This document shows positions 47,975 through 57,206 of a stretch of 64,000 nt of DNA, one piece after another. Every line of letters starts with the position of its first letter. Position 1 is the first letter of the stretch. The position numbers were made by a program, and so were the translations under genes. Under the pieces are notes generated by a model. That model was not told the DNA's origin and searched no databases. It saw nothing but the letters and a program-made list of their open reading frames with translations. Origin of the DNA: Candidatus Omnitrophota bacterium (lineage in GTDB: Bacteria > Omnitrophota > Gorgyraeia > Gygaellales > Profunditerraquicolaceae). The stretch spans positions 3,994-67,993 of the forward strand of contig JAZDED010000012.1 of NCBI GenBank assembly GCA_043809145.1, written 5' to 3'.

Positions 47975-49234
47975 TTACAGGTATTTTTTAGGATCAGTTA
48001 TATAACCTGTTATGGCCGAAGCGCTAACCGTAGCCGGAGACGCCAAATATATAAAAGCATTGGGGTTTCCCATCCTGCCTTTAAAGTTCCTATTGGCTGA
48101 AGAAATTACTATTTCTTGGTCCGCCGGTATTCCGTTATGCGTACCCACGCAGGGTCCGCAACCCGGAGCTACGATTACGGCTCCGGATTTTATAAATATA
48201 TCTATTATACCTAATTTTAGCGCTTTTAACAAGACGCTGCGTGAAGATGGCGCTATAATTAATTTTACTCCCTTGGCTACTTTGCGTCCTTTTAAAATCA
48301 TGGCTGCGATTTTTAAATCTTCAAGCCTTCCGTTAGTGCATGTTCCCAGGAAGGCCTGGTTTATTCTTATATTTTTTAATTCCCGGGCTGTTTTTACGGT
48401 ATCTACGCTATGAGGAATGCTGACTTGCGGGACAAGCCCATTAATATTAAATTCCAAAACTTTTTCGTAGCGGGCATCTTTATCCGGAATTACAAGGTTG
48501 ATATGTTTAATGTAGCCGGCTTCTTTTTTAAACCAGGAGATGGTTTTTTTATCCTGAGGCATAAAGCCAACCTTTGCTCCCATCTCGACAACCATATTGC
48601 ATATAGTCATTCTTGCGTCAATACTCAGTTTGTCTATAACAGGGCCAAAGAATTCAACGGCTTTGTAAGTGGCGCCGTTAGCCCCGATTGAGCCAATAAT
48701 ATGGATAATGAGGTCTTTGGCAAAGACGCCTTTAGGCAGTTTGCCTTTAATTATGATTTTAATAGTTTCCGGTACCTTAAACCAGTTTTTACCCGTAGCC
48801 AGAGCTACAGCTAGGTCGGTTGATCCTACGCCGGTAGAAAAAACCCCTAAGGCTCCGTAGGTACAGGTGTGTGAATCCGCTCCTAAAACCAGGTCTCCCG
48901 GTAAAACTTTACCGGATTCGGGAATTACCTGGTGGCATACCCCGCATCCAATATCATAAAGCAGGCAATTCATTTCTTCGGCGAAAAGGCGCATCTTTTT
49001 ATGCACCTTGGATACGCCTTCATTAGGAGAGGGAGCGCTATGGTCAATGACCATGCAAAATTGAGTTTTTAATTTAAGTGTTGCAAATTCTTTAATCCGG
49101 TCAATTATAATAGAGGATGTTCCGTCTTGGCCAAAGGCAAAATCAACTTTGCATATAGCCAAGTCGCCTGCTCTTAATATTCTGCCAGCATGTTTACTTA
49201 GTATTTTCTCGGCTATAGTTTGTCTCATATTCAA
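47975..49234 (-). CDS. aconitase-family dehydratase large subunit (LeuC/HacA-like)
   Basis: 419 aa with Fe-S cluster Cys contexts (GADSHTC, LGTCTNGR, APGCGPCVG). Confidence 0.85.
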   Translation of the reverse strand: MNMRQTIAEKILSKHAGRILRAGDLAICKVDFAFGQDGTSSIIIDRIKEFATLKLKTQFCMVIDHSAPSPNEGVSKVHKKMRLFAEEMNCLLYDIGCGVCHQVIPESGKVLPGDLVLGADSHTCTYGALGVFSTGVGSTDLAVALATGKNWFKVPETIKIIIKGKLPKGVFAKDLIIHIIGSIGANGATYKAVEFFGPVIDKLSIDARMTICNMVVEMGAKVGFMPQDKKTISWFKKEAGYIKHINLVIPDKDARYEKVLEFNINGLVPQVSIPHSVDTVKTARELKNIRINQAFLGTCTNGRLEDLKIAAMILKGRKVAKGVKLIIAPSSRSVLLKALKLGIIDIFIKSGAVIVAPGCGPCVGTHNGIPADQEIVISSANRNFKGRMGNPNAFIYLASPATVSASAITGYITDPKKYL

Positions 49235-49235
49235 A

Positions 49236-50411
49236 CTATATATTGGTAAGCCAGTTTTCGATGCGATTTATCCCCTCTTCTATATCTTTACTGCTTGTAG
49301 CAAAGCTCATACGGATATAGTCATCCCTGCCAAAGGATTCCCCGGGTATTACTGCAACCAGCGTTTCATCTAATAGACGGGAGGAAAAAGTGCCGGAATC
49401 CATCTTGGATTTGGAGATATCGCAGAATATGTAAAAAGCACCTTGGGGCCGGCAAAAGCTTATAATCTTATTATTCGCCAAGCGCTTAAGAATATAATTT
49501 CTTCTCTTTTCAAATTCAACAGCCATATTCTTAGTAGATTCTTGAGGTAAGGATAATGCTTTTAAAGCTGCTTTTTGGCTTATCGAGGCAGGATTGGATG
49601 TTGTATGATCCTGCAGGCGCGAGATAGCTTCAACTATATCAGCAGGCCCTCCCAAGTATCCGATGCGCCAACCGGTCATAGAATGGCTTTTAGAAAGCCC
49701 ATTAATGGTAACAGTAAGGTTGTAGATGTCTTTATTAAAAGAGGCGATAGAATAATGAGTTAGATTATCGTAGGTTATTTTTTCGTATATTTCATCGCTT
49801 ATGACCAGGATATTTTTTTTGACGCAAAGATCGGCTATATCCTTCAATTCGTTTTTTGTATAGACTGCACCGGTAGGGTTGCAGGGGCTATTAAGTATCA
49901 AGACTTTAGTTTTAGCGCTTAAATGTTTTTCCAAGTCTTGGATATGGGCCTTAAAACTATTTTCCAATGAAGTTTTAATGAATTTAGGTATTCCCTGGCA
50001 GAGATTAACTATTTCCGGGTAACTTACCCAAAACGGCGAAGGTATAAGCACCTCATCTCCGGGATTAACCGTCACAAACAGGGTATTAAAAATGCTGTGT
50101 TTAGCTCCGCAAGAGACTACTATTTGAGAAGGCCCGTAATCAAGATTATTATCTTTCTTGAATTTTCCTGAAATCGCTTCTTTGAGCTCTAGCGTGCCAG
50201 TGGAGGGTGTATATTTGGTAAAACCGCTATTTATTGCTTCAATCGCAAACGCCTTAATCTCCTGAGGCGTGTCAAAATCCGGTTCGCCGGCAGCAAAGTT
50301 TATAACTGCTTTTCCTTCGGATTTTAATTTTTTGGCTTTGGAGGTTATAGCCAGTGTGGAAGATGCATTTATTTTATTTAGCCGCTGGGCTAATCTTGTA
50401 TTTATACGCAT
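49236..50411 (-). CDS. class I PLP-dependent aminotransferase (aspartate aminotransferase-like)
   Basis: 391 aa with AAGEPDFDTP and PLP-lysine context GLSKSHSMTGWRIGY. Confidence 0.85.
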   Translation of the reverse strand: MRINTRLAQRLNKINASSTLAITSKAKKLKSEGKAVINFAAGEPDFDTPQEIKAFAIEAINSGFTKYTPSTGTLELKEAISGKFKKDNNLDYGPSQIVVSCGAKHSIFNTLFVTVNPGDEVLIPSPFWVSYPEIVNLCQGIPKFIKTSLENSFKAHIQDLEKHLSAKTKVLILNSPCNPTGAVYTKNELKDIADLCVKKNILVISDEIYEKITYDNLTHYSIASFNKDIYNLTVTINGLSKSHSMTGWRIGYLGGPADIVEAISRLQDHTTSNPASISQKAALKALSLPQESTKNMAVEFEKRRNYILKRLANNKIISFCRPQGAFYIFCDISKSKMDSGTFSSRLLDETLVAVIPGESFGRDDYIRMSFATSSKDIEEGINRIENWLTNI

Positions 50412-50415
50412 GAAA

Positions 50416-50997
50416 TTAAGGCGTATTTCGTTCTTTTTTGAATACGTTCTTAATGCCCCAGAAGAATTTCTTTTTTGGTTGCTTGGTTTCCCGCGTTTTC
50501 TCCTTAACCCGTATTTCGGGTTTAGCTTCTTTCTTGGTTTCTTTTTCAGTAGACGGTTTTTCTTGAGAGGCCGCGGATGTCTTTTCTTCTTTAACCGTTT
50601 CGTCCTTCTTTTTTTCTTTTTTGGTTTTTTTAGGCTTAGACTTAAGCTCTGTTAATTCCAGTATAGCCATCGCGGCATTGTCTCCACGACGAAAACCAAG
50701 CTTTATAATCCTTAAGAAGCCCGATGTCTTAGCGGAGAATCTGGGTGCTATATCTTCAAAGAGCAGCTTAACTAAATTATGGTCGCCTAATATTTTAAAA
50801 GCCCTTCTTTTGTGAGCAAGATTGTTATTTTTGGCCAGGGTAATTAGTTTTTCCATTAGCGGCCTGACAGCCTTGGCCTTATTGAGAGTTGTAGTTATAT
50901 GTTCGTAGGTCAGAATGCTTCTGACCAGGCCCTTAAGCGTAGCCTTGTGCCAACTGGTGAAGCGATTTAGCTGGTATCTTTTATTTTTATGTCTCAT
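50416..50997 (-). CDS. rplQ: 50S ribosomal protein L17 (bL17) with ~75-aa Lys/Glu-rich C-terminal extension
   Basis: The N-terminal ~118 aa is canonical bL17 (MRHKNKRYQLNR...). The tail reads KSKPKKTKKEKKKDETVKEEK... Confidence 0.93.
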   Translation of the reverse strand: MRHKNKRYQLNRFTSWHKATLKGLVRSILTYEHITTTLNKAKAVRPLMEKLITLAKNNNLAHKRRAFKILGDHNLVKLLFEDIAPRFSAKTSGFLRIIKLGFRRGDNAAMAILELTELKSKPKKTKKEKKKDETVKEEKTSAASQEKPSTEKETKKEAKPEIRVKEKTRETKQPKKKFFWGIKNVFKKERNTP

Positions 50998-51019
50998 AGA
51001 AACCTCAAAAGTTTATAGA

Positions 51020-52009
51020 CTAGGGTTTTTTAAGCTTCTTTGTATCTACTTGCATATCCAGGCTTAGATTCATACCGGCAAGTAGTTCCTTAATTTCCTG
51101 TAGTGATTTTTTACCGAAGTTCTTAAAGCCCAACAATTCTTCCTCTTTCTGTTTAACTAGGTCGGCTATCGTTTTGATATTTGCCTCCCTTAGGCAATTA
51201 GAGCTTCTTACGGATAATTCAAGTTCTGAAATAGGCAAACGCAGTTTCTCGTAAAGCGCTATTTCTTCTTTAGACATCTCCGGTTCTTCTTCCTCTTCTT
51301 CAGGCAATTGGCCGAAATTTACAAAGGCATCCAAATGTCTTTGTAATATATTGGATGCGTAGAGCAGCGCATCCTTAGGCGTGATTGATCCGTTAGTCCA
51401 AATCTCTAGAATTAATTTGTCATAATCGGTTTTCTGGCCCACACGGGTATTTTCTACGTGAAAGTTTACCTTTTGTACCGGGCTGAAGATGGAATCAATT
51501 GGTATGGTTCCAATTGCCTGATCATCTCGTTTGTTTAATTCTTGAGTCACATAACCTCTTCCTTTAGCGACCTCCATTTCCATGTAAAATTTGATGTCGT
51601 CTGTGATTGTGGCTATATGGTGCTCAGGATTAATAATTTCAACGGACTCATCAGTTTCAATATCCTTGGCTTTTATTGGCCCTTTTGAGTTTTTCTTGAT
51701 ACTGATGCTTTTGGGAACTTTGGAGTGTGAATTCAATACCAGATTCTTTATGTTAAGGATAATTTCTGTAACATCCTCTAGCACTCCGGGTATGGTAGAA
51801 AATTCATGCTGTACTCCGTGTATTTTTATAGCCGTAACCGCGCTTCCTTCAATTGAAGAAATCAGTATTCTTCTTAAGGCATTACCTAAAGTTATGCCGT
51901 AACCGCGTTCAAAGGGAGCCGCCATAAATTTTCCATAAGTATCAGTACAGCTAGGCTCATCACACTCCAGCTTCTTAGGTAACTGAAAATCTCTCCATTT
52001 CATCCCCAT
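51020..52009 (-). CDS. rpoA: DNA-directed RNA polymerase subunit alpha
   Basis: 329 aa with RpoA NTD and CTD (ELELSVRSSNCL) in the alpha-operon position. Confidence 0.97.
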   Translation of the reverse strand: MGMKWRDFQLPKKLECDEPSCTDTYGKFMAAPFERGYGITLGNALRRILISSIEGSAVTAIKIHGVQHEFSTIPGVLEDVTEIILNIKNLVLNSHSKVPKSISIKKNSKGPIKAKDIETDESVEIINPEHHIATITDDIKFYMEMEVAKGRGYVTQELNKRDDQAIGTIPIDSIFSPVQKVNFHVENTRVGQKTDYDKLILEIWTNGSITPKDALLYASNILQRHLDAFVNFGQLPEEEEEEPEMSKEEIALYEKLRLPISELELSVRSSNCLREANIKTIADLVKQKEEELLGFKNFGKKSLQEIKELLAGMNLSLDMQVDTKKLKKP

Positions 52010-52030
52010 TTTAGACGCTCCTTTTGTGTT

Positions 52031-52663
52031 TTATTTGGAATATAATTCTACAATCAACTGTTCCTGAATCGGCTGCTGAATATCATCTTTTTCTGGTAAT
52101 CTCAAAACCTTTGCTTTGAGTTCCGCTTGATTCAGCGTGAGCCAGCTGACTAAGGATCTATCTTTTGACATTTCAAGATTCTCTTTGATTTTTTCCCGTG
52201 CCTTATCCTTACATTTAATATCAACGGCATCATCTTGAGTTATTAAATAGGAGGGTATATTTACCCGTTTATTATTTACATAAACAAAATTATGCCTGAC
52301 GATTTGCCTGGCTTGGGCTCTTGATACTCCAAAACCGAGCCGAAAAACTACATTATCCAGCCTTCTTTCTAATAATTGCAATAAGACTTTACCTGTTACG
52401 CCTTTGGATTTAGTAGCAGTATGAAAATACCTGCGAAACTGTTTTTCCAAGATGCCATACATCCTTTTAACCTTCTGTTTTTCTCTCAGCTGTACACCGT
52501 AATTTGATAGTTTGGCTCTGGATTTTGATTCACCATGTTGACCTGGCGCATAATTTTTTCTAGCCAGGGCGCATTTCGGGGAAGTGCACCGTAAGCCTTT
52601 TAAAAATAACTTTTGCTGTTCCCTGCGGCATAACCTGCATACTGCATCTGTATAACGGGCCAT
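52031..52663 (-). CDS. rpsD: 30S ribosomal protein S4
   Basis: 210 aa with N-terminus MARYTDAVCRLCRRE and an S4 domain. Confidence 0.97.
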   Translation of the reverse strand: MARYTDAVCRLCRREQQKLFLKGLRCTSPKCALARKNYAPGQHGESKSRAKLSNYGVQLREKQKVKRMYGILEKQFRRYFHTATKSKGVTGKVLLQLLERRLDNVVFRLGFGVSRAQARQIVRHNFVYVNNKRVNIPSYLITQDDAVDIKCKDKAREKIKENLEMSKDRSLVSWLTLNQAELKAKVLRLPEKDDIQQPIQEQLIVELYSK

Positions 52664-52668
52664 CTATG

Positions 52669-53049
52669 CTATACTCTCCTTTTCTTTTTTGGTCTACATC
52701 CATTATGCGGAATCGGGGTTATATCTTTAATGGAGGTTATGCTCAAGCCTGTCGCTTGCAAAGCGCGGATTGCGGATTCCCTACCCGGGCCCGGGCCTTT
52801 TACCCAAACTTCAACTTCCAGCAGGCCTAAATCTTTAGCTTTTTTGGCGGCATCGGTTGCGCTGATCTGCGCGGCAAAAGGGGTTGACCTTTTTGAACCG
52901 CTATAACCTACAATACCGGGACTCGACCAACAGATTACATTCCCTTGTTTATCGGTAATAGTAATAATGGTATTATTAAAACTCGCCTGAATATGAGCAA
53001 TCCCTTGGGTAATTCCTTTTAAGAGCTTTTTCTTGGATTTTTCAGCCAT
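52669..53049 (-). CDS. rpsK: 30S ribosomal protein S11
   Basis: 126 aa with the sequence [18 protein letters not shown]. Confidence 0.97.
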   Translation of the reverse strand: MAEKSKKKLLKGITQGIAHIQASFNNTIITITDKQGNVICWSSPGIVGYSGSKRSTPFAAQISATDAAKKAKDLGLLEVEVWVKGPGPGRESAIRALQATGLSITSIKDITPIPHNGCRPKKKRRV

Positions 53050-53062
53050 TCTTATACACCTC

Positions 53063-53437
53063 TTATTTTTTATTCATTGCCAATGCGCTTCTGCGCGGAC
53101 CTTTACGGGTCCTGGCATTTGTTTTGGTGCGCTGGCCCCTTACAGGCAGGCCTTTCTTGTGGCGCATCCCACGCCAAGCGCCGATATCCATCAGGCGCTT
53201 GATATTCTGCGAGACCTCTCTGCGCAGGTCTCCTTCGATACGCATGCTATTTTTCTGAATAACTCCGACAATGTGAGATATCTCTTCTTCGGATAATTGT
53301 TTGGCGCGCTTTGACGATTCTATCCCAGCCTCTGCCAAAATTTTATTGGAAATAAACTTACCAACTCCGTAGAGATAGGTTAGAGCTATGTCAATTCTTT
53401 TTTCTTTGGGAATATCAACACCTAGAATCCTGGGCAC
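53063..53437 (-). CDS. rpsM: 30S ribosomal protein S13
   Basis: 124 aa with N-terminus (M)PRILGVDIP. The start codon is GTG, with an AAGGAGG SD upstream. Confidence 0.97.
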   Translation of the reverse strand: MPRILGVDIPKEKRIDIALTYLYGVGKFISNKILAEAGIESSKRAKQLSEEEISHIVGVIQKNSMRIEGDLRREVSQNIKRLMDIGAWRGMRHKKGLPVRGQRTKTNARTRKGPRRSALAMNKK

Positions 53438-53480
53438 CTTAATCCTCCTTAAATTTGAGCCGCGACAGCGGCGAGAATTT

Positions 53481-53501
53481 ACTTCGACGCAGTCGAAGCT
53501 A
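53481..53501. repeat. small palindromic element acttcgac-gca-gtcgaagcta (copy 2)
   Basis: It matches 4664..4684 at 18 of 21 positions, differing only in the loop. It lies in the rpmJ-rpsM spacer. Confidence 0.6.
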
Positions 53502-53508
53502 CATTTAA

Positions 53509-53622
53509 TTAACCTTGCCTTTGCTTATGTTTAGGATTGGAGCATATAACCCTGACCACGCCCCTTCTCTTTATTATTTTGCAGCGGTCACAGATTTTTT
53601 TAATTGATGCTTTTACCTTCAC
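53509..53622 (-). CDS. rpmJ: 50S ribosomal protein L36
   Basis: Absent from the ORF track because it is too short. A GTG start gives (M)[36 protein letters not shown], 37 aa with the canonical zinc-ribbon L36 sequence, in the infA-rpmJ-rpsM position. Confidence 0.92.
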   Translation of the reverse strand: MKVKASIKKICDRCKIIKRRGVVRVICSNPKHKQRQG

Positions 53623-53718
53623 CCCGCACCTTCTTTCTTATTCTAAGACTTTTTTACTTTTATTTTTTAGTAACGGAATCTTTTAGAAGGTGCGGGGTTG
53701 CCCCCCTTTACACCTTCT
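53621..53718 (-). promoter_or_regulatory. structured rpmJ leader: 14-bp perfect hairpin sequestering SD/GTG start plus an upstream competing AGAAGGTG copy
   Basis: On the minus strand, ACCCCGCACCTTCT-50 nt AT-rich loop-AGAAGGTGCGGGGT overlaps the GTG start. A third AGAAGGTG lies at 53711..53718, 4 nt after the infA stop. Confidence 0.5.
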
Positions 53719-53722
53719 TGCA

Positions 53723-53941
53723 TTATTTTACCCTGAATGTAATTCTCCCCCTGGTTAAATCGTAGGGAGAAAGTTCCAGCTTAACCTTATCGCCAGGTAA
53801 TATCCTAATAAAATGCATCCGCATTTTTCCCGAAACATGAGCCATGACCATATGTCCATTTTCTAATTCTACCCTGAACATGGCGTTGGGTAAAGCCTCT
53901 ATTACCTTGCCTTCTGTTTCGATTAATTCTTCTTTGGCCAT
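53723..53941 (-). CDS. infA: translation initiation factor IF-1
   Basis: 72 aa with the sequence [30 protein letters not shown]. Confidence 0.98.
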   Translation of the reverse strand: MAKEELIETEGKVIEALPNAMFRVELENGHMVMAHVSGKMRMHFIRILPGDKVKLELSPYDLTRGRITFRVK

Positions 53942-53947
53942 ATTGCT

Positions 53948-54697
53948 TTAGTTAAATGACGTTAAAATTTCCGGACCCTCATCGGTTATGGCAATGGTAT
54001 GTTCAAAATGTGCCGATGGCAGCCTGTCCTTAGAAACTGCGGTCCAGCCATCTTCGAGTATAACACACTCCCAACTTCCCATGTTTACCATAGGTTCGAT
54101 GGCCAGGACCATGCCGCTTTTTAGTATAAGGCCATGTTTGGGTTTACCAAAGTTTGGAACTTCGGGTTCTTCATGCAAGTTACGGCCTATACCATGCCCT
54201 ACAAAATTTCTTACTATGGAAAAACCATTTTTTTCCACATAATTCTGTATTGAGCTTGATATGTCTGAAACATGATTATTCACCTTAGCATACCTAATAC
54301 CTTCAAAGAGCGCTTTTTTGGTAACATCAACCAGTTTTTTAATCTTCGGTTTTACTTCTCCAACACAAACAGTTAATGCAATGTCAGAATAAAATTCTTT
54401 GTATTTAATTCCTAAATCCAGGCTGAGTATATCTCCGTCTCTTAGGCTTCTATTTTCAGGTATGCCGTGAACTATTACTTCATTTATCGAGGTGCATATA
54501 GTAGCCGGATATCCCTGATAGCCTTTGAATGCCGGCTCTACATTTTCCTGGAGTATCAACTCGTTTGCCAGCTCATCCAGTTTTTTGGTAGTTACTCCAC
54601 TCTTAACATGTGTGCATAAACCTTTTGCTATACTGGAGATTATTCTGGCTGCCTGGCGCATAATCTCCAGTTCAGCTTTGGATTTTAGCACTACCAT
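53948..54697 (-). CDS. map: type I methionine aminopeptidase
   Basis: 249 aa with MetAP metal ligand contexts (DILSLDLG, VGHGIG, LAIEP, FEHT). Confidence 0.95.
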   Translation of the reverse strand: MVVLKSKAELEIMRQAARIISSIAKGLCTHVKSGVTTKKLDELANELILQENVEPAFKGYQGYPATICTSINEVIVHGIPENRSLRDGDILSLDLGIKYKEFYSDIALTVCVGEVKPKIKKLVDVTKKALFEGIRYAKVNNHVSDISSSIQNYVEKNGFSIVRNFVGHGIGRNLHEEPEVPNFGKPKHGLILKSGMVLAIEPMVNMGSWECVILEDGWTAVSKDRLPSAHFEHTIAITDEGPEILTSFN

Positions 54698-55343
54698 TGG
54701 TTTTCTGGACTAACTCAAACATCTGGCTAAGAACAATATCGGCATCTTCATCAGCGTTAAGAGTATAAAAATTACCCTTTTGGCGGTAATATTCAATTAA
54801 CCCGGATGTTTCTTTATGGTAAACGTTTAATCTGTTTTTTACCGTATCCTGCGTATCATCTACCCGCTGATATAGCTCTGCCCTGCAATAATCGCATATG
54901 CCCTCTTTTTTCGGAGGCATGTTGGTAACATGAAAATTGGCCTGGCATTTTTTGCATACTAACCTGCCACAGATGCGTTGGATAATTATATTTTCGCTTG
55001 CATCAAGGTAGATTACTAGGCTAGCATCTATCCCCATATTCTGAAATACCTCGTTAAGAGTCTTGGCTTGCGCTAAATTCCGCGGATATCCGTCAAGGAT
55101 AAAGCCATTTAAGCAATCCGGTTGCTTAAGCCTGTCAATGAGCATGCTGGTTACTAATTGATCCGGGACCAGCTCTCCCTTAGTCATATACCCTTGAGCT
55201 TCTTTTCCTAAGCCGCTTGATTGAGAGACATTTTGCCTTAAAATGTCTCCGGTCGAAATATGCGGTAATCCCAGCTTTTGGGCTAGTTTCTTTGCCTGTG
55301 TTCCCTTGCCTGCGCCTGGAGGGCCGAGCAATATAATCTTCAT
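54672..55343 (-). CDS. adk: adenylate kinase (Cys4 zinc lid type)
   Basis: 223 aa with P-loop GPPGAGKGTQ and lid sequence CKKC...CDYC. Confidence 0.96.
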   Translation of the reverse strand: MKIILLGPPGAGKGTQAKKLAQKLGLPHISTGDILRQNVSQSSGLGKEAQGYMTKGELVPDQLVTSMLIDRLKQPDCLNGFILDGYPRNLAQAKTLNEVFQNMGIDASLVIYLDASENIIIQRICGRLVCKKCQANFHVTNMPPKKEGICDYCRAELYQRVDDTQDTVKNRLNVYHKETSGLIEYYRQKGNFYTLNADEDADIVLSQMFELVQKTNGSAKIQS

Positions 55344-56690
55344 TTATCTCCTGCCCTTTATTCTTCCAGATTTGATAAAGCCTTCGTAATTATGCATTAC
55401 AAGGTGTGATTCAATTTGTTTAATAGTATCAAGCATAACGCCAACTACGATCAATATGCTGGTTCCTCCGGCAAATGAGGCTATTAGATAAGGGACTTTT
55501 AACAGAGACATAATAAAATCCGGAAAAATGGCAATAATTGCGATAAAAATAGCCCCGGCTAATGTTATTCTGGTCATAATATAATCCAGGTATTCTGCCG
55601 TGGGCTGCCCGGGCCGGATTCCCGGTATAAATCCTCCATATTTTTTCATATTATCGGATATTTCTATAGGATTAAAGACAATAGCGGTATAGAAATAACA
55701 GAAAAAAATTATTAAAAGCGAGTATACAATTGTATAGAGCAGATGCCCCCTGATCAAGGTCTGGGCAAATCTTTGAAAAGCCGGATTAGGTATGAATGAC
55801 GCTAGGGTGGCCGGAAATAAAATAATCGATTGCGCAAATATAATAGCGATAACACCAGATGTATCTACTTTTAGCGGGATATATGTTGATTGTCCTCCGT
55901 AGACTTTGCGCCCCACTATTCTTCTGGCGTATTGTACGGGAATCTTTCTTTGGCCCTGAGTTATCAGGATTACAGTAAAAATTACCGCCACCAAGAAGAA
56001 GCACATAAGAAGTATGGTTGCCGGTTGAATTTCGCTCCTGGCCGCAGACGATGGCGACATAAGTACTACTAATTGGCTGATAGCAGCAGGAATTCGAGAA
56101 ATAATACCAGCGGTAATAACCAGGGATATCCCATTGCCAATGCCGCGTTCTTGAATTTGCTCTCCCAGCCACATGATAAATATGGTGCCGGAAGTCAATG
56201 TCAGGACTGTAATGATGCGAAAGCCCCAGCCTGGCTGTAAGGCAATTTTAAGCCCTTCAAAATGCGCCGGGCTTTCCAGCCATAACGCAATAAAGAAAGA
56301 TTGTATGGCTGCCAGGCCGACAGTTCCGTAACGCGTAAGCTGATTAATCTTTTCATAACCCGCCTTGCCTTCTTTTGCCAGTTTTTCTAACTGCGGTATG
56401 ACTGCAGTCAATAGCTGCATGATAATGGAACTTGATATATAGGGCATGATTCCTAAGGCAAAGATAGTCAGTCTTTCCATAGCTCCCCCGGAGAACATAT
56501 TCATGATACCCAGGAGCGTTCCGCCATGGCTTTTGGACATGCGGGCGAAAAATTCACCTAAAGCAACACCGTTTATGCCTGGGGTAGGGATGTAACAGCC
56601 TACACGGTATACCGCAAGCAGTATCGCGGTTACAATCAGCCTCTTTTTTAAATCCGGTATTCTAATGGAATTTAATAATGCGCTAAGCAT
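55344..56690 (-). CDS. secY: preprotein translocase subunit SecY
   Basis: 448 aa with 10 TM segments, a SecY signature region, and the spc-operon position. Confidence 0.97.
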   Translation of the reverse strand: MLSALLNSIRIPDLKKRLIVTAILLAVYRVGCYIPTPGINGVALGEFFARMSKSHGGTLLGIMNMFSGGAMERLTIFALGIMPYISSSIIMQLLTAVIPQLEKLAKEGKAGYEKINQLTRYGTVGLAAIQSFFIALWLESPAHFEGLKIALQPGWGFRIITVLTLTSGTIFIMWLGEQIQERGIGNGISLVITAGIISRIPAAISQLVVLMSPSSAARSEIQPATILLMCFFLVAVIFTVILITQGQRKIPVQYARRIVGRKVYGGQSTYIPLKVDTSGVIAIIFAQSIILFPATLASFIPNPAFQRFAQTLIRGHLLYTIVYSLLIIFFCYFYTAIVFNPIEISDNMKKYGGFIPGIRPGQPTAEYLDYIMTRITLAGAIFIAIIAIFPDFIMSLLKVPYLIASFAGGTSILIVVGVMLDTIKQIESHLVMHNYEGFIKSGRIKGRR

Positions 56691-57183
56691 TTAGGCTGAG
56701 GACCTCCGGTTTTCCGCCTGAGCGAGTGATTTTATCGTGGGCCTGCTTGGAAAAGGCATGAGCCTGTATAGTTTTGGCTTTTTTAATTTCACCGCTTCCC
56801 AGGACTTTTACAGGGAGTGATAATTTTTTAATTAAACCTTTATTCCTCATCAAGGCGGGATTTATGATTTGATCATCAATTTTTGAGATATCGCTTAGAT
56901 TAATAATTTGGAATTGTTTCTTAAAGCCGCCAGTAAAACCGCGCTTTGGAAAACGTCGTATTAATGGGGATTGGCCGCCTTCAAAGCCCAGGTAAAAGTG
57001 CCTACCTGCACGCGAAGTTTGGCCTTTACTTCCGCGCGTAGATGTCTTCCCGTGTCCTGAGCTGGGCCCACGGCCTTTCATCTTCTTCTTTTTATGCGCA
57101 CCTTTGGGTGCCTTAAGGTTATGTAATTGTATATTTGCGAGTTCTTCACCTTGTATTTTCATTTTTTTCATCCTCTGCACCAT
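56683..57183 (-). CDS. rplO: 50S ribosomal protein L15
   Basis: uL15 Gly/Lys-rich N-terminal region (KGRGPSSGHGKTSTRGSKGQ). The true start is probably an internal Met (MKIQGEE..., about 57162), which has a better SD. Confidence 0.93.
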   Translation of the reverse strand: MVQRMKKMKIQGEELANIQLHNLKAPKGAHKKKKMKGRGPSSGHGKTSTRGSKGQTSRAGRHFYLGFEGGQSPLIRRFPKRGFTGGFKKQFQIINLSDISKIDDQIINPALMRNKGLIKKLSLPVKVLGSGEIKKAKTIQAHAFSKQAHDKITRSGGKPEVLSLNA

Positions 57184-57206
57184 TTATTGAACTATTATTT
57201 ATAAAA

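Noticed and set aside
43100-50411. The TCA-like block considered as a novel metabolic system.
   Set aside because: Every component belongs to a well-known enzyme family. Only the pilT insertion and substrate-specificity questions are unusual, and these are reported separately at low interest.
55786-56172. Same-strand alternative-frame ORFs inside genes: 55786..56172 in secY, 11153..11338 in gatA, 21024..21209 in lepB, 59257..59457 in rplE and 62419..62604 across rplV/rpsS.
   Set aside because: They are embedded in, or span, strongly conserved genes in another frame. They have no independent signals and no recognisable sequence.
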